Below are positions 36,083 through 49,077 of a stretch of 64,000 bases of DNA, one piece after another. The stretch covers positions 62,001-126,000 of the forward strand of contig MCFE01000116.1 in NCBI GenBank assembly GCA_002104905.1. Reading direction: 5' to 3'. The stretch is from Basidiobolus meristosporus CBS 931.73. Its lineage: Eukaryota > Fungi > Basidiobolomycota. A program made the position numbers and the translations under genes. The notes below the pieces were generated by a model. It was not told where the DNA came from, did not search any database, and saw only the letters and a list, made by a program, of their open reading frames with translations. Numbering within the stretch: position 1 is the stretch's first letter; each line of letters begins with the position of its first letter.

Positions 36083-36758
36083 TGTGCGCAGGCAGCACCG
36101 ATGACAAGCCGATATCCAAATCCGAACTATCCAATTTTGTTGCTCCTGATAAATACAACACACGACAAACTAAGCGTATCCATCCATCCATCCCCCACAT
36201 GAATTTTTGATTATCTGACAATTTCCAGAGAAATAAACATTGCTACCCTGCATTTCATATTTTCTCACGGCTACTAAACTAGCAGAGTGGAGGTCACTTG
36301 TACTCGGACCCATTCCCATATATTCCATATTGGAATGAGCTGATTTCAACTCTACGAGGCATCTTTATTCCGTAATACAACGGCAATTTCGCGGTGAAAA
36401 GAAGATTCACATATGGTTGCCGACACACCTTTCCTCTATTCCCCAGAGGACTTCCCCTACTCTTGAAAGGCTGACATCTGCGCAGCCAAACATTCTTGGA
36501 ATCAGAACATGACTTGAGGATGATGACCATCTTTGATGTAACACGCAAGGTGATTTTAGAATATCATCATCCTATAGCTTTTCAACGATCAGTTGCATTG
36601 TGTGGCACCAATAGTTCTGAGAATCGGAAATCGCCAGCCTGAGATTCCAAGAAGCCAGAATCAATGCACATAAATAGCTCACTAACGACACTGCCATTCA
36701 TCAGCCTGCAGCCTTTCTGTTAAGTAACAAATTCTACTTGAGCATTTGAACCTAAGCC

Positions 36759-36989
36759 ATGAGACTCATTGCTGTACTCACTATTTGTATCGTTGCCACA
36801 ATGACAGCTAATGGCTACCCCGTAAATCAGGTGACTGGTGGAGTAGCCGTGGAAAAGAGAGATCTGCACGACTTTTGTGGAGGCTGGTTCTGTGGTCATG
36901 TGAAACGTGATCACACAGTCCATGACAGTCAGACTACTACACCTTCTCTGAGCTCACATCAGCCTAACACCTTCATGACAGCTCAATAA
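36759..36989 (+). CDS. Precursor copy 14 (B-type)
   Basis: Canonical core. Confidence 0.93.
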   Translation: MRLIAVLTICIVATMTANGYPVNQVTGGVAVEKRDLHDFCGGWFCGHVKRDHTVHDSQTTTPSLSSHQPNTFMTAQ

Positions 36990-37653
36990 GGTGCCACCAA
37001 GTCAAGATATTAATTCTCCCAAATGTGTCTGTGCCGTTCTTCAAGCCCATTTGATTTTGAATCCGTAATTTGGGCAAGATCTACAACCAATGTGATTACA
37101 TAATACCCTTTGAATCCCCAATTTTGTATACATCTCGTAATCAATAAATGGCGCGTTGGTGCACAACTACATCATCCTTTGATGATTGCCGCAAACTGTA
37201 TTGTAACACTGATAAACTAATAAGAGTATACTGTTCAGCATTCAATCAACCTTTCTCAATATTGGGTCTTTGGTGGCAACCAGGACATCCATCAGCTTCA
37301 TGAAGAAGTGGCCCATTGAATATGCAGTCAATAAGCTGGCATTTCTAGATTTGATAAATGTGTTTGGAGCAGTAAGTTAGATGAGCCCGATGAGAGATTC
37401 TCTTGCGGAGTGGAAAACAGAGCTTATGATGTTCGACGATCCAGAAGCCATTTCCGGTATTGTAAAACCAGTCTGACCATATTGAGGGGATAGTGTCAGC
37501 GCTGCTTCCTAGAATAAACTGGCTACAAAACAGGTTTGGGTTTCCGGTAGGGGATTCCGAGAAGTGCGGCACGAAGTATATCAATGTCTCTTGCGCTGAT
37601 GAGCATTCAGTAAAATACAGCTTTGATATTTGAGAGATCATTACCAAACAATC

Positions 37654-37863
37654 ATGAAATTCGCCAGCGTACTTGCTATTCTTGCCGCTGTTTCTGCGAC
37701 AATTGATTGCTACCCATTGATCCTGAAGACTAGCGATTCAGCAGTGGACAAGAGAGATCTGCATGACTTCTGCGCAGGCTGGTTCTGTGATCATGTCAAG
37801 CGTGAGGAAGCTCTGGAGACAACTGAAGCCAATATCTCCACTCCATCGATGTCAGTTGCCTGA
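37654..37863 (+). CDS. Precursor copy 15 (A-type), variant core DLHDFCAGWFCDHV
   Basis: Intact ORF with two core substitutions. Confidence 0.9.
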   Translation: MKFASVLAILAAVSATIDCYPLILKTSDSAVDKRDLHDFCAGWFCDHVKREEALETTEANISTPSMSVA

Positions 37864-38542
37864 TGTGCACAGGCAGCACTGATGACAAGCCGATATCCAA
37901 ATCCGAACTATCCAATTTTGTTGCTCCTGATAAATACCACACACGACAAACTAAGCGTATCCATCCAACATCCTCCACATGGATTTTTGATTATCTGATA
38001 ATTTCTCAAGAAATAAACATTGTTACCCCGCATTTCATATTTTCTCACGGCTACTAAACTAGCAGAGTGGAGGTCACTTGTACTCGGACCCATTCCCATA
38101 TATTCCATATTGGAATGAGCTGATTTCAACTCTACGAGGCATCTTTATTCCGTAATACAACGGCAATTTCGCGGTGAAAGGAATATTCACATATGGTTGC
38201 TGACCCAGCTTTCCTCTATTCCCCAGGGGACTTCCCCTACTCTTGAAAGGCTGACATCTGCGCAGCCAAACATTCTTGGAATCAGAACATGACTTGAGGA
38301 TGATGACGACCTTTGATGTAACACGCAAGGTGATTTTAGAATATCATCATCCTATAGCTTTTCAACGATTAGTTGCATCTTGTGGCACCAATAGTTCTGG
38401 GAATCAGAAATCGCCAGCCCGTGATTCCTAGAAGCCAGAATCAATGCACATAAATAGCTCACTAACGACACTGCCATTCATCAGCCTGCAACCTTTCTGT
38501 TGAGTATCAGATTCGACTTCAGCCAGCAATCGAACCTAAACC

Positions 38543-38773
38543 ATGAGACTCTTTGCTGTACTCACTACTTGTATCGTTGCCACAATGACAGCTAATGGCT
38601 ACCCCGTAAATCAGGTGACTGATGGAGTAGCGATGGAAAAGAGAGATCTGCACGACTTTTGTGGAGGCTGGTTCTGCGGCCATGTGAAGCGTGATCACAC
38701 AGTCCATGACAGTCAGACTACTACATCTTCTCTGAGCTCACATCAGCCTAACACCCTAATGACAGCTGAATAA
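38543..38773 (+). CDS. Precursor copy 16 (B-type)
   Basis: Canonical core. Confidence 0.93.
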   Translation: MRLFAVLTTCIVATMTANGYPVNQVTDGVAMEKRDLHDFCGGWFCGHVKRDHTVHDSQTTTSSLSSHQPNTLMTAE

Positions 38774-39439
38774 GGTACCACCAAGTCAAGATGTTAATTC
38801 TCCCAAATGTGTCTCTGCCCGTTCTTCAAGCCCATTTGATTTTGAATCCGTAATTTGGGCAAGATCTACCACCAATGTGATTACATAATACCCTTTGAAT
38901 CCCCAATTTTGTATGCGTCTCGTAATCAATAAATGGCGCATTGGTGCACAACTACATTTTCCTTTGATGATTGCTGCAAACTGTATTGACACACTGATAA
39001 ACTAATAAGAGTATACTGTTCAGTATGCAATAAGCCTTACTCAATATTGGGACTTTAGTGGCAACCAGGACATCCATCAGCTTCACGAAGAAGTGACCCA
39101 TTGAATATGCAGTCAATAAGCTGGCATTTCTAGATTTGATAAATGTGTTTGGAACAGTAAGTTAGACGAGCCCAATGAGGGATTCTCTTGCGGAGTGGAA
39201 TACAGAGCATATGCTGTTGGACGATCCAGAAGCCATTTCCGGCATTGTAAAACCAGTCTGACCATATTGAGGGGATAGCGTCGGCGCTGCTTCGCAGAAT
39301 AACCTGGCTACAAAAACCGGTTTGGATTTCCGGTAGAGGATTCCGAGAAGTGCGGCACGAAGTATATAAATATCTCTTGCGCTGATGAGCATTCAGTAAA
39401 ATACAGCTTTGATATTTGAGAGATCACTACCAAACAATC

Positions 39440-39649
39440 ATGAAATTCGCCAGCGTACTTGTTATTCTTGCCGCTGTTTCTGCTACAGTTGACTGCTACC
39501 CATTGATCCTGGAGACTAGCGATTCAGCAGTGGACAAGAGAGATCTGCATGACTTCTGCGGAGGCTGGTTCTGTGGTCATGTCAAGCGTGAGGAAGCTCC
39601 GGAGACAAGTGAAGCCAATATCTCCACTCCATCGATGTCAGTTGCCTGA
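39440..39649 (+). CDS. Precursor copy 17 (A-type)
   Basis: Canonical core. Confidence 0.93.
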   Translation: MKFASVLVILAAVSATVDCYPLILETSDSAVDKRDLHDFCGGWFCGHVKREEAPETSEANISTPSMSVA

Positions 39650-40348
39650 TGTGCACAGGCAGCACTGATGACAAGCCGATATCCAAATCCGAACTATCCA
39701 ATTTTGTTGCTCCTGATAAATACCACACACGACAAATTAAGCGTATCCATCCAACATCCTCCACATGGATTTTTGATTATCTGATAATTTCTCAAGAAAT
39801 AAACATTGTCACCCCGCATTTCATATTTTCTCACGGCTACTAAACTAGCAGAGTGGAGGTCACTTGTATTCAGACCCATTCCCATATATTCCATATTGGA
39901 ATGAGCTGATTTCAACTCTCCGAGGCACCTTTATTCCGCAATACAATGGCAATTTCGCGGTGAAAAGAATATTCACATATGGTCGCCGTCCAAGATCCGT
40001 TCAATGCACACCTCACAAAACCTCTTCAAAGTTACAGGTATGTCATAGGCACCATCATTGAATATTATGCACATGTCTGGGGTATTAAGCCGAATGAACT
40101 CTTGAGAAGCCAATATACGAAAAATAATAAATATATCATACGACGATCAAGAATTCATTTCCAGTTTCCAAAATCAATCTAACCTTAATGGGGGATTGGT
40201 GGCCGCTTTGCTTCCTAGAATATCCCCGCTACAACAATGGTATGAGTTTCAGGAGTGAAATGGATGGGAAGTATAAGAGGAACTCGTGCCGATTTGAGCT
40301 TATTAGAAGACAGTCTTTGATATCTTGGTAGTTCATTAAAAAAGAATC

Positions 40349-40549
40349 ATGAAATCCACCAACACACTTATTTTTATTGTCGCAGCTTCAGTAGCCATTG
40401 ACTGCTACCCATCGATTGTGGAGACTAGCAACTCAACTTTGAACAAGAGAGATCTACATGACTTCTATGACCATGTCAAGCGGGAGAGACTTCTGGAGAC
40501 AAGTGAAGAAATTACATCCACCTCACAAGGCCATATTTTGTACTATTAG
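40349..40549 (+). CDS. Precursor copy 18, Cys-less deletion variant DLHDFYDHV
   Basis: Intact ORF with signal peptide and both KR sites; 15-nt core deletion plus substitutions. Confidence 0.75.
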   Translation: MKSTNTLIFIVAASVAIDCYPSIVETSNSTLNKRDLHDFYDHVKRERLLETSEEITSTSQGHILYY

Positions 40550-41264
40550 CCTACTCGACTGTCGCACTGACACATTACTGACTGCCCTCATGCCTGCTTT
40601 CAACTGTTGCATTAACGTATTCTTGACCGCTCGTCACGCCTGATTAATTTTTGAATCCGCAATTTCAGCGAGAATATCACCAATATTTGAATATTCAATT
40701 TTGTTGACATATTGTAGTCAATAAACAGGGTACTAGGGCGTAGTGATACCCTCTGTTGATGGAACGACCTGTTAGTATGTGCTCATGGTTGAATGTCAGC
40801 ATTTGGCTCAGTATGCCACAAATCCTTACATAAATGGCTTTGTCTCCAACATGTCCAATGCGCATGAATCATACCAGGGGCCGTACCATAGTGCGCACGT
40901 TTCACCAGCGTATATGACTCTTCAGATTTGCCATTATATAGTATATATCATTACTGAAGTTAATAAATATGTTTGGAGCAATTAACTATGGGAAATCTCT
41001 GAGGTTATTTTGCCCACTGGATCATAATGAGTATGCTGTTTGCCGATCAGGAAGCTATTTCCGGTTTTTCGATACCGGTGTGACTATACCGAGTGCTTGG
41101 CGTCCGCTTTGCTTCCTAGAATATCGCTGCTGCAATAACTAGTTTAGATATCCCCTGGGAAAGTACCAATATGTGTTGTAAGAAGAGTATAAATAGAACT
41201 CTTGCCGATCCATATTCAGTAGTACACGGCGTTTGATATCTTGAGAGATCATTATACTCTACAC

Positions 41265-41433
41265 ATGAAGTTCACCCAGCATGCTTGTCGCGATTTCTGC
41301 CTCTTCAGTAGCTGTTGACTGCTACCCATTGACCCTGGAGACTAGCGAGTCCGCAGTGAACAAGAGAGATCTGCATGACTTTTGTGGAGGCTGGTTCTGT
41401 GGACATGTGAAACGGGATGATGACCTCGGGTAA
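41265..41433 (+). pseudogene. Precursor copy 19, +1 frameshift after codon 4 (or alternative start at 41281); canonical core, tail DDDLG
   Basis: ATGAAGTTCACCCAGCATG has one extra C. From 41281 it reads MLVAISASSVAVDCYPLTLETSESAVNKR-core-KRDDDLG*. Confidence 0.75.
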
Positions 41434-42165
41434 AATGCAGACAAAATCTCGGTCTTGCATATGCCCAATATCTAAAGTGATCAGACCGCGCCTATGGTTA
41501 CAATCTCAGGACCAAGAACTCGAAGGAAATCTACCGCCGGAATACATCAATTTTACTGTATTTTATAATCACCATGGCAGATTAGCTAAACGTATCCTCC
41601 CACCTCCGCATGGAGTTTTATTTGGTGACGAGCTCCTATAAAATAAACAATACAACTCCATAATCCACTATCCGTATTGCTTTAACCTTTAGCAAAGCAA
41701 CTACTCATACTTCAGCTCGTCGCATTTTCACCAAGTTTGCTTGACCCAAAGATGGTAAAGATCCTCCCTACAGGATTTGGACTATACAAATATCATCAGT
41801 CATTCCATATCCGATATTACTTCTGTTGTGGATATCCTGTTTACTAACACTCTGATATTCCCAAGAGTGCTTCCTTTGCTTATGAAATACTGAGGTCTGC
41901 CCAGACAGACATTCTAGGAATAAGGATGTAACATGATGATGATTCACACGGTCAATTTAGTTTCAGTATAGTATTTTTGTGCTTGACTTTCATCCAGTAC
42001 ATGATGTGCAACCAAAAATTCTGGGAACAAGGAATCACTACCACAGGATTCCAAGAAGCCTAAATCAGCGTACATATATAGCTTACTAATAGCGATGCCA
42101 TTCCACAGTCTACAACCTCTCTTCGAATATCATATTCTTCCCCTGCCAATTATTGAGCCAAAACC

Positions 42166-42396
42166 ATGAGACTCGTTACTATACTTACTATTTGTATTGT
42201 ATCTGCAATAACAGCTAACGGCTACCCCATGACTTCGCTGACTGATGAAGTGGCCATGGACAAGAGAGATCTGCACGACTTTTGCGGAGGTTGGTTCTGC
42301 GGTCATGTAAAGCGTGAGCGCAGCATCCTTGATAGCCAGGCTACTACCACTCCTCTGGGCACAAATCAGCCCGATATCCTCACGATAGCTCAATAA
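42166..42396 (+). CDS. Precursor copy 20 (B-type)
   Basis: Canonical core; near-copy of copy 12. Confidence 0.93.
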   Translation: MRLVTILTICIVSAITANGYPMTSLTDEVAMDKRDLHDFCGGWFCGHVKRERSILDSQATTTPLGTNQPDILTIAQ

Positions 42397-43063
42397 GAGA
42401 CCACTAAGACAATATGACACTTCTACCGAATACTTCCCTGCCTGTTCTTCACGCCCAATTGATTTTGAATCCGTATTTGGGCAAGATCCACCACCAATGT
42501 GATTACATAATACCCTTTGAATCCCCAATTTTGTATACATCTCGTAATCAATAAATGGCGCGTTGGTGCACAACTACATTCTCCATTGATGATTGCCGCA
42601 AACTGTATTGTAACACTGATAAACTAATAAGAGTATACTGTTCAGTATGCAATAAGCCTTACTCAATATTGGGACTTTAGTGGCAACCAGGACATTCATC
42701 AGCTTCACGAAGAAGTGACCCACTGAATATGCAGTCAATAAGCTGGCATTTCTAGATTTGATAAATGTGTTTGGAGCAGGAAGTTAGATGAGCCCGATGA
42801 GAGATTCTCATGCGGAGTGGAAAACAGAGCATATAAGCTGTTCGACGATCCAGAAGCCATTTCCGGCATTGTAAAACCAGTCTGACCATATTGAGGGGAT
42901 AGCGTCGGCGCTGCTTCGCAGAATAACCTGGCTACAAAAACCGGTTTGGATTTCCGGTAGAGGATTCTGAGAAGTGCGGCACGAAGTATATCAATGTCTC
43001 TTGCGCTGATTAGCATTCATTAAAATACAGCTTTGATATTTGAGAGATCACTACCAAACAATC

Positions 43064-43273
43064 ATGAAATTCGCCAGCGTACTTGCTATTCTTGCCGCTG
43101 TTTCTGCGACAGTTGATTGCTACCCATTGATACTGGAGACTAGCGATTCAGCAATGGACAAGAGAGATCTGCATGACTTCTGCGGAGGCTGGTTCTGTGG
43201 TCATGTCAAGCGTGAGGAAGCTCCGGAGACAAGTGAAGCCAATATCTCCACTCCATCGATGTCAGTTGCCTGA
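43064..43273 (+). CDS. Precursor copy 21 (A-type)
   Basis: Canonical core. Confidence 0.93.
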   Translation: MKFASVLAILAAVSATVDCYPLILETSDSAMDKRDLHDFCGGWFCGHVKREEAPETSEANISTPSMSVA

Positions 43274-43948
43274 TGTGCACAGGCAGCACTGATGACAAGC
43301 CGATTTCCAAATTTAACTATCCAATTTTGTTGCTCCTGATAAATACCACACACGACAAACTAAGCGTATCCATCCATCCATCCTCCACATGCATTTTTGA
43401 TAATCTGACAATTTCCAGTGAAATAAACATTGCTACCCCGCATTTCATATTTTCTCACGGCTATTGAACTAGCGAAGTGAAAGTCACTTGTATTCGGACC
43501 CATTCCCGTATATTCCATGCTGAGATGAGCTGATTTCAACCCTACCAGGCACCTTTATTCCGTAATACAATGGTAATTTCGCGGTGAAAAGAAGATTCAC
43601 ATATGGTTGCCGACCCAGCTTTCCTCTATTCCCCAGAGGATTTCCCCTACTCTTGAAAGGTTGACATCTGCGCAGCCAAACATTCTAGGAATCAGAACAT
43701 GACTTGAGGACGATGACCATCTTTGATGTAACACGCAAGGTGATTTTAGTTTATCATCATCCTATAGCTTTTCAACGATCAGTTGCATTTTGTGGCACCA
43801 ATAGTTCTGAGAATCGGAAATCGCCAGCCTGAGATTCCAAGAAGCCAGAATCAATGCACATAAATAGCTCACTAACGACACTGCCATTCATCAGCCTGCA
43901 GCCTTTCTGTTAAGTAACAAATTCTACTTGAGCATTTGAACCTAAGCC

Positions 43949-44179
43949 ATGAGACTCATTGCTGTACTCACTACTTGTATCGTTGCCACAATGAGAGCTA
44001 ATGGCTACCCCGTAAATCAGGTGACTGGTGGAGTAGCCATGGAAAAGAGAGATCTGCACGACTTTTGTGGAGGCTGGTTCTGAGGTCATGTGAAACGTGA
44101 TCACACAGTCCATGACAGTCAGACTACTACACCTTCTCTGAGCTCACATCAGCCTAACACCTTCATGACAGCTCAATAA
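43949..44179 (+). pseudogene. Precursor copy 22 (B-type), nonsense at the second Cys
   Basis: TGT changed to TGA at 44081-44083. Confidence 0.88.
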
Positions 44180-44846
44180 GGTGCCACCAAGTCAAGATAT
44201 TAATTCTCCCAAATGTGTCTGTGCCGTTCTTCAAGCCCATTTGATTTTGAATCCGTAATTTGGGCAAGATCTACAACCAATGTGATTACATAATACCCTT
44301 TGAATCCCCAATTTTGTATACATCTCGTAATCAATAAATGGCGCGTTGGTGCACAACTACATTCTCCTTTGATGATTGCCGCAAACTGTATTGACACACT
44401 GATAAACTAATAAGAGTATACTGCTCAGTATGCAATCAACCTTTCTCAATATTGGGACTTTGGTGGCAACCAGGACATTCATCAGCTTCACGAAGAAGTG
44501 ACCCATTGAATATGCAGTCAATAAGCTGGCATTTCTAGATTTGATAAATGTGTTTGGAGCAGGAAGTTAGATGAGCCCGATGAGAGATTCTCATGCGGAG
44601 TGGAAAACAGAGCATATATGCTGTTCGACGATCGAGAAGCCATTTCCGGTATTGTAAAACCAGTCTAACCATATTGAGGGGATAGCGTCGGCGCTGCTTC
44701 GCAGAATAACCTGGCTACAAAAATCAGTTTAGATTTCCGGTAGAGGATTCTGAGAAGTGCGGCACGAAGTATATAAATGTCTCTTGCGCTGATTAGCATT
44801 CAGTAAAATACAGCTTTGATATTTGAGAGATCACTACCAAACAATC

Positions 44847-45056
44847 ATGAAATTCGCCAGCGTACTTGCTATTCTTGCCGCTGTTTCTGCGACAGTTGAT
44901 TGCTACCCATTGATCCTGGAGACTAGCGATTCAGCAGTGGACAAGAGAGATCTGCATGACTTCTGCGGAGGCTGGTTCTGTGGTCATGTCAAGCGTGAGG
45001 AAGCTCTGGAGACAAGTGAAGCCAATATCTCCACTCCATCGATGTCAGTTGCCTGA
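44847..45056 (+). CDS. Precursor copy 23 (A-type)
   Basis: Canonical core. Confidence 0.93.
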   Translation: MKFASVLAILAAVSATVDCYPLILETSDSAVDKRDLHDFCGGWFCGHVKREEALETSEANISTPSMSVA

Positions 45057-45731
45057 TGTGCACAGGCAGCACTGATGACAAGCCGATTTCCAAATTTAAC
45101 TATCCAATTTTGTTGCTCCTGATAAATACCACACACGACAAACTAAGCGTATCCATCCATCCATCCTCCACATGGATTTTTGATTATCTGACAATTTCCA
45201 GTGAAATAAACATTGCTACCCCGCATTTCATATTTTCTCACGGCTATTGAACTAGCGAAGTGAAAGTCACTTGTATTCGGACCCATTCCCGTATATTCCA
45301 TGCTGAAATGAGCTGATTTCAACCCTACCAGGCACCTTTATTCCGTAATACAATGGTAATTTCGCGGTGAAAGGAATATTCACATATGGTTGCCGACCCA
45401 GCTTTCCTCTATTCCCCAGAGGATTTTCCCTACTCTTGAAAGGCTGACATCTGCGCAGCCAAACATTCTAGGAATCAGAACATGACTTGAGGATGATGAC
45501 CATCTTTGATGTAACACGCAAGGTGATTTTAGAATATCATCATCCTATAGCTTTTCAACGATCAGTTGCATTTTGTGGCACCAATAGTTCTGAGAATCAG
45601 AAATCGGCAGCCTGGGGTTCCAAGAAGCCAGAATCAATGCACATAAATAGCTCACTAACGACACTGCCATTCATCAGCCTGCAGCCTTTCTGACAAGTAA
45701 CAAATTCTACTTGAGCATTTGAACCTAAGCC

Positions 45732-45962
45732 ATGAGACTCATTGCTGTACTCACTACTTGTATCGTTGCCACAATGACAGCTAACGGCTATCCTGTGGGT
45801 CGGCTAGCCAATGATGTAACCAAGGAGAAGAGAGATCTGCACGACTTTTGTGGAGGTTGGTTCTGTGGCCATGTGAAGCGTGATCACACAGTCCATGACA
45901 GTCAGACTACTACATCTTCTCTGAGCTCAAATCAGCCTAACACCTTCATGACAGCTGAATAA
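45732..45962 (+). CDS. Precursor copy 24 (B-type)
   Basis: Canonical core; pro region YPVGRLANDVTKEKR. Confidence 0.93.
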   Translation: MRLIAVLTTCIVATMTANGYPVGRLANDVTKEKRDLHDFCGGWFCGHVKRDHTVHDSQTTTSSLSSNQPNTFMTAE

Positions 45963-46629
45963 GGTACCACCAAGTCAAGATATTAATTCTCCCAAATGTG
46001 TCTCTGCCCGTTCTTCAAGCCCATTTGATTTTGAATCCGTAATTTGGGCAAGATCCACCACCAATGTGATTACATAATACCCTTTGAATCCCCAATTTTG
46101 TATGTGTCTCGTAATCAATAAATGGCGCGTTGGTGCACAACTACATTCTCCTTTGATGATTGCCGCAAACTGTATTGACACACTGATAAACTAATAAGAG
46201 TATACTGTTCAGTATGCAATCAACCTTTCTCAATATTGGGACTTTGGTGGCAACCAGGACATTCATCAGCTTCATGAAGAAGTGGCCCATTGAATATGCA
46301 GTCAATAAGCTGGCATTTCTAGATTTGATAAATGTGTTTGGAGCCGGAAGTTAGATGAGCCCGATGAGAGATTCTCTTGCGGAGTGGAGAACAGAGCTTA
46401 TGCTGTTCGACGATCCAGAAGCCATTTCCGGTATTGTAAAACCAGTCTGACCATATAGAGGGGATAGCGTCGGCGCTGCTTCCTAGAATAACCTGGCTAC
46501 AAGAACCGGTTTAGATTTCCGGTAGAGGGCTCCGAGAAGTACAGCACGAAGTATATAAATGTCTCTTGCGCTGGTTAGCATTAAGTAGAGGACAGCTTTG
46601 ATATCTTGAGATATTTCTACAGAACAATC

Positions 46630-46785
46630 ATGAAATTCGCCAGCGTACTTGTAATTCTTGCCGCTGCTTCAGCAACAATTGACTGCTACCCATTGATCCT
46701 GGAGACTAGCGATTCAGCAATGGACAAGAGAGATCTGCATGACTTCTGTGGAGGCTGGTTCTGTGGTCATGTCAAGCGGGAGTAA
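46630..46785 (+). CDS. Precursor copy 25 (A-type, 51 aa, tail truncated after KRE; missed by the ORF track)
   Basis: Canonical core intact; TAA at 46783. Confidence 0.88.
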   Translation: MKFASVLVILAAASATIDCYPLILETSDSAMDKRDLHDFCGGWFCGHVKRE

Positions 46786-47250
46786 GATCTGGAGACAAGT
46801 GAAGTCGAAATACCCACCTCACCTATGCCAAATCTCTAATGTGCACGGGCAGTATTAATAATGATACGATATTTCAACCCGAACTCACCAATTTTGTTGC
46901 TTCTGATAAACACTATGCATGATAAGCTAAGCGTAGCTTTCCATCCTCCGCATGGAATTTTGATTTTCTGATGGCTTTCTATGAAATAAACAATATAATC
47001 CCACGTTCCCAAGTTTCATATTGCTATTCAACCAGCAGAGTAAAGACCGCTCATATGTAATCCTATGCAATTTAGTTTCATGTTGACGAGGTGTCGCTAG
47101 TGAAGCTCCAACCAATCAGAATTGAACTCAAAGTATATCTTCCTGATATGAATAGTACTTTTGCTGTGAACTTGATATCGACATATGGTCACCGACCAAG
47201 ATTCCAAATATTCCCAAGAGTACTTCCCTCACTTGTGAAGCTACCAACCC

Positions 47251-47302
47251 TCCTCTGAGCTCACATCAGCCCGACACCCCCACAATAGCTCAACAAGGTA
47301 CC
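47251..47302 (+). pseudogene. Remnant of B-type copy 26 (tail only)
   Basis: CTCTGAGCTCACATCAGCCCGACACC...GGTACC survives. The unit is ~450 bp short, with promoter and core deleted. Confidence 0.75.
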
Positions 47303-47961
47303 ACTAAGTCAGGGTTTCAACGCTGCCAAGTACGCCCCCGTCCATTCTTCACGACCATTTGATTTTGAATCCGTAATTTGAGCGAGATCCACCACCAATG
47401 TGATTACATAATACCCTTAGAGTCCCCAATTTTGTATACATCTTGAAATCAATAAATGGCGCGTTGGTGCACAACTACATTCTCCGTTGATGATTGCCGC
47501 AAACTGTATTGACACACTGATAAACTAATAAGAGTATACTGTTTAGTATGCAATCAACCTTTCTCAATATTGGGACTTTGGTGGCAACCAGGACATTCAT
47601 CAGCTTCACGAAGAAGTGACCCACTGAATATGCAGTCAATAAGCTGGCATTTCTAGATTTGATAAATGTGTTTGGAGCAGTAAGTTAGATGAGCCGATGA
47701 GAGATTCTCATGCGGAGTGGAAAACAGAGCTTACGCTGTTGGACGATCCAGAAGCCATTTCCTGTATTGTAAAACCAGTCTGACCATATTGAGGGGATAG
47801 CGTCGGCGTTGCTTCGCAGAATAACCTGGCTACAAAAACCGGTTTGGATTTCCGGTAGAGGATTCTGAGAAGTGCGGCACGAAGTATATCAATGTCTCTT
47901 GCGCTGATTAGCATTCAGTAAAATACAGCTTTGATATTTGAGAGATCACTACCAAACAATC

Positions 47962-48171
47962 ATGAAATTCGCCGGCGTACTTGCTATTCTTGCCGCTGTT
48001 TCTGCGACAGTTGATTGCTACCCATTGATCCTGGAGACTAGCGATTCAGCAGTGGACAAGAGAGATCTACATGACTTCTGCGGAGGCTGGTTCTGTGGTC
48101 ATGTCAAGCGTGAGGAAGCTCTGGAGACAAGTGAAGCCAATATCTCCACTCCATCGATGTTAGTTGCCTGA
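47962..48171 (+). CDS. Precursor copy 27 (A-type)
   Basis: Canonical core. Confidence 0.93.
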   Translation: MKFAGVLAILAAVSATVDCYPLILETSDSAVDKRDLHDFCGGWFCGHVKREEALETSEANISTPSMLVA

Positions 48172-48846
48172 TGTGCACAGGCAGCACTGATGACAAGCCG
48201 ATTTCCAAATTTAACTATCCAATTTTGTTGCTCCTGATAAATACCACACACGACAAACTAAGCGTATCTATCCATCCATCCTCCACATGGATTTTTGATT
48301 ATCTGACAATTTCCAGTGAAATAAACATTGCTACCCCGCATTTCATATTTTCTCACGGCTATTGAACTGGCGGAGTGAAAGTCACTTGTATTCGGACCCA
48401 TTCCCGTATATTCCATGCTGAAATGACCTGATTTCAACCCTACCAGGCACCTTTATTCCGTAATACAATGGTAATTTCGCGGTGAAAGGAATATTCACTT
48501 AGGGTTGCCGACCCAGCTTTCCTCTATTCCCCAGAGGATTTCGCCTACTCTTGAAAGGCTGAGATCTGCGCAGCCAAACATTCTAGGAATCAGGACATGA
48601 CTTGAGGATGATGACCATCTTTGATGTAACACGCAAGGTGATTTTAGAATATCATCATCCTATAGCTTTTCAACGATCAGTTGCATTTTGTGGCACCAAT
48701 AGTTCTGAGAATCGGAAATCGGCAGCCTGGGGTTCCAAGAAGCCAGAATCAATGCACATAAATAGCTCACTAACGACACTGCCATTCATCAGCCTGCAGC
48801 CTTTCTGACAAGTAACAAATTCTACTTGAGCATTTGAACCTAAGCC

Positions 48847-49077
48847 ATGAGACTCATTGCTGTACTCACTACTTGTATCGTTGCCACAATGACAGCTAAT
48901 GGCTACCCCGTAAATCAGGTGACTGATGGAGTAGCCATGGAAAAGAGAGATCTGCACGACTTTTGTGGAGGCTGGTTCTGTGGCCATGTGAAGCGTGATC
49001 ACACTGTCCATGACAGTCAGACTACTACATCTTCTCTGAGCTCACATCAGCCTAACACCTTCATGACAGCTGAATAA
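48847..49077 (+). CDS. Precursor copy 28 (B-type)
   Basis: Canonical core. Confidence 0.93.
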   Translation: MRLIAVLTTCIVATMTANGYPVNQVTDGVAMEKRDLHDFCGGWFCGHVKRDHTVHDSQTTTSSLSSHQPNTFMTAE

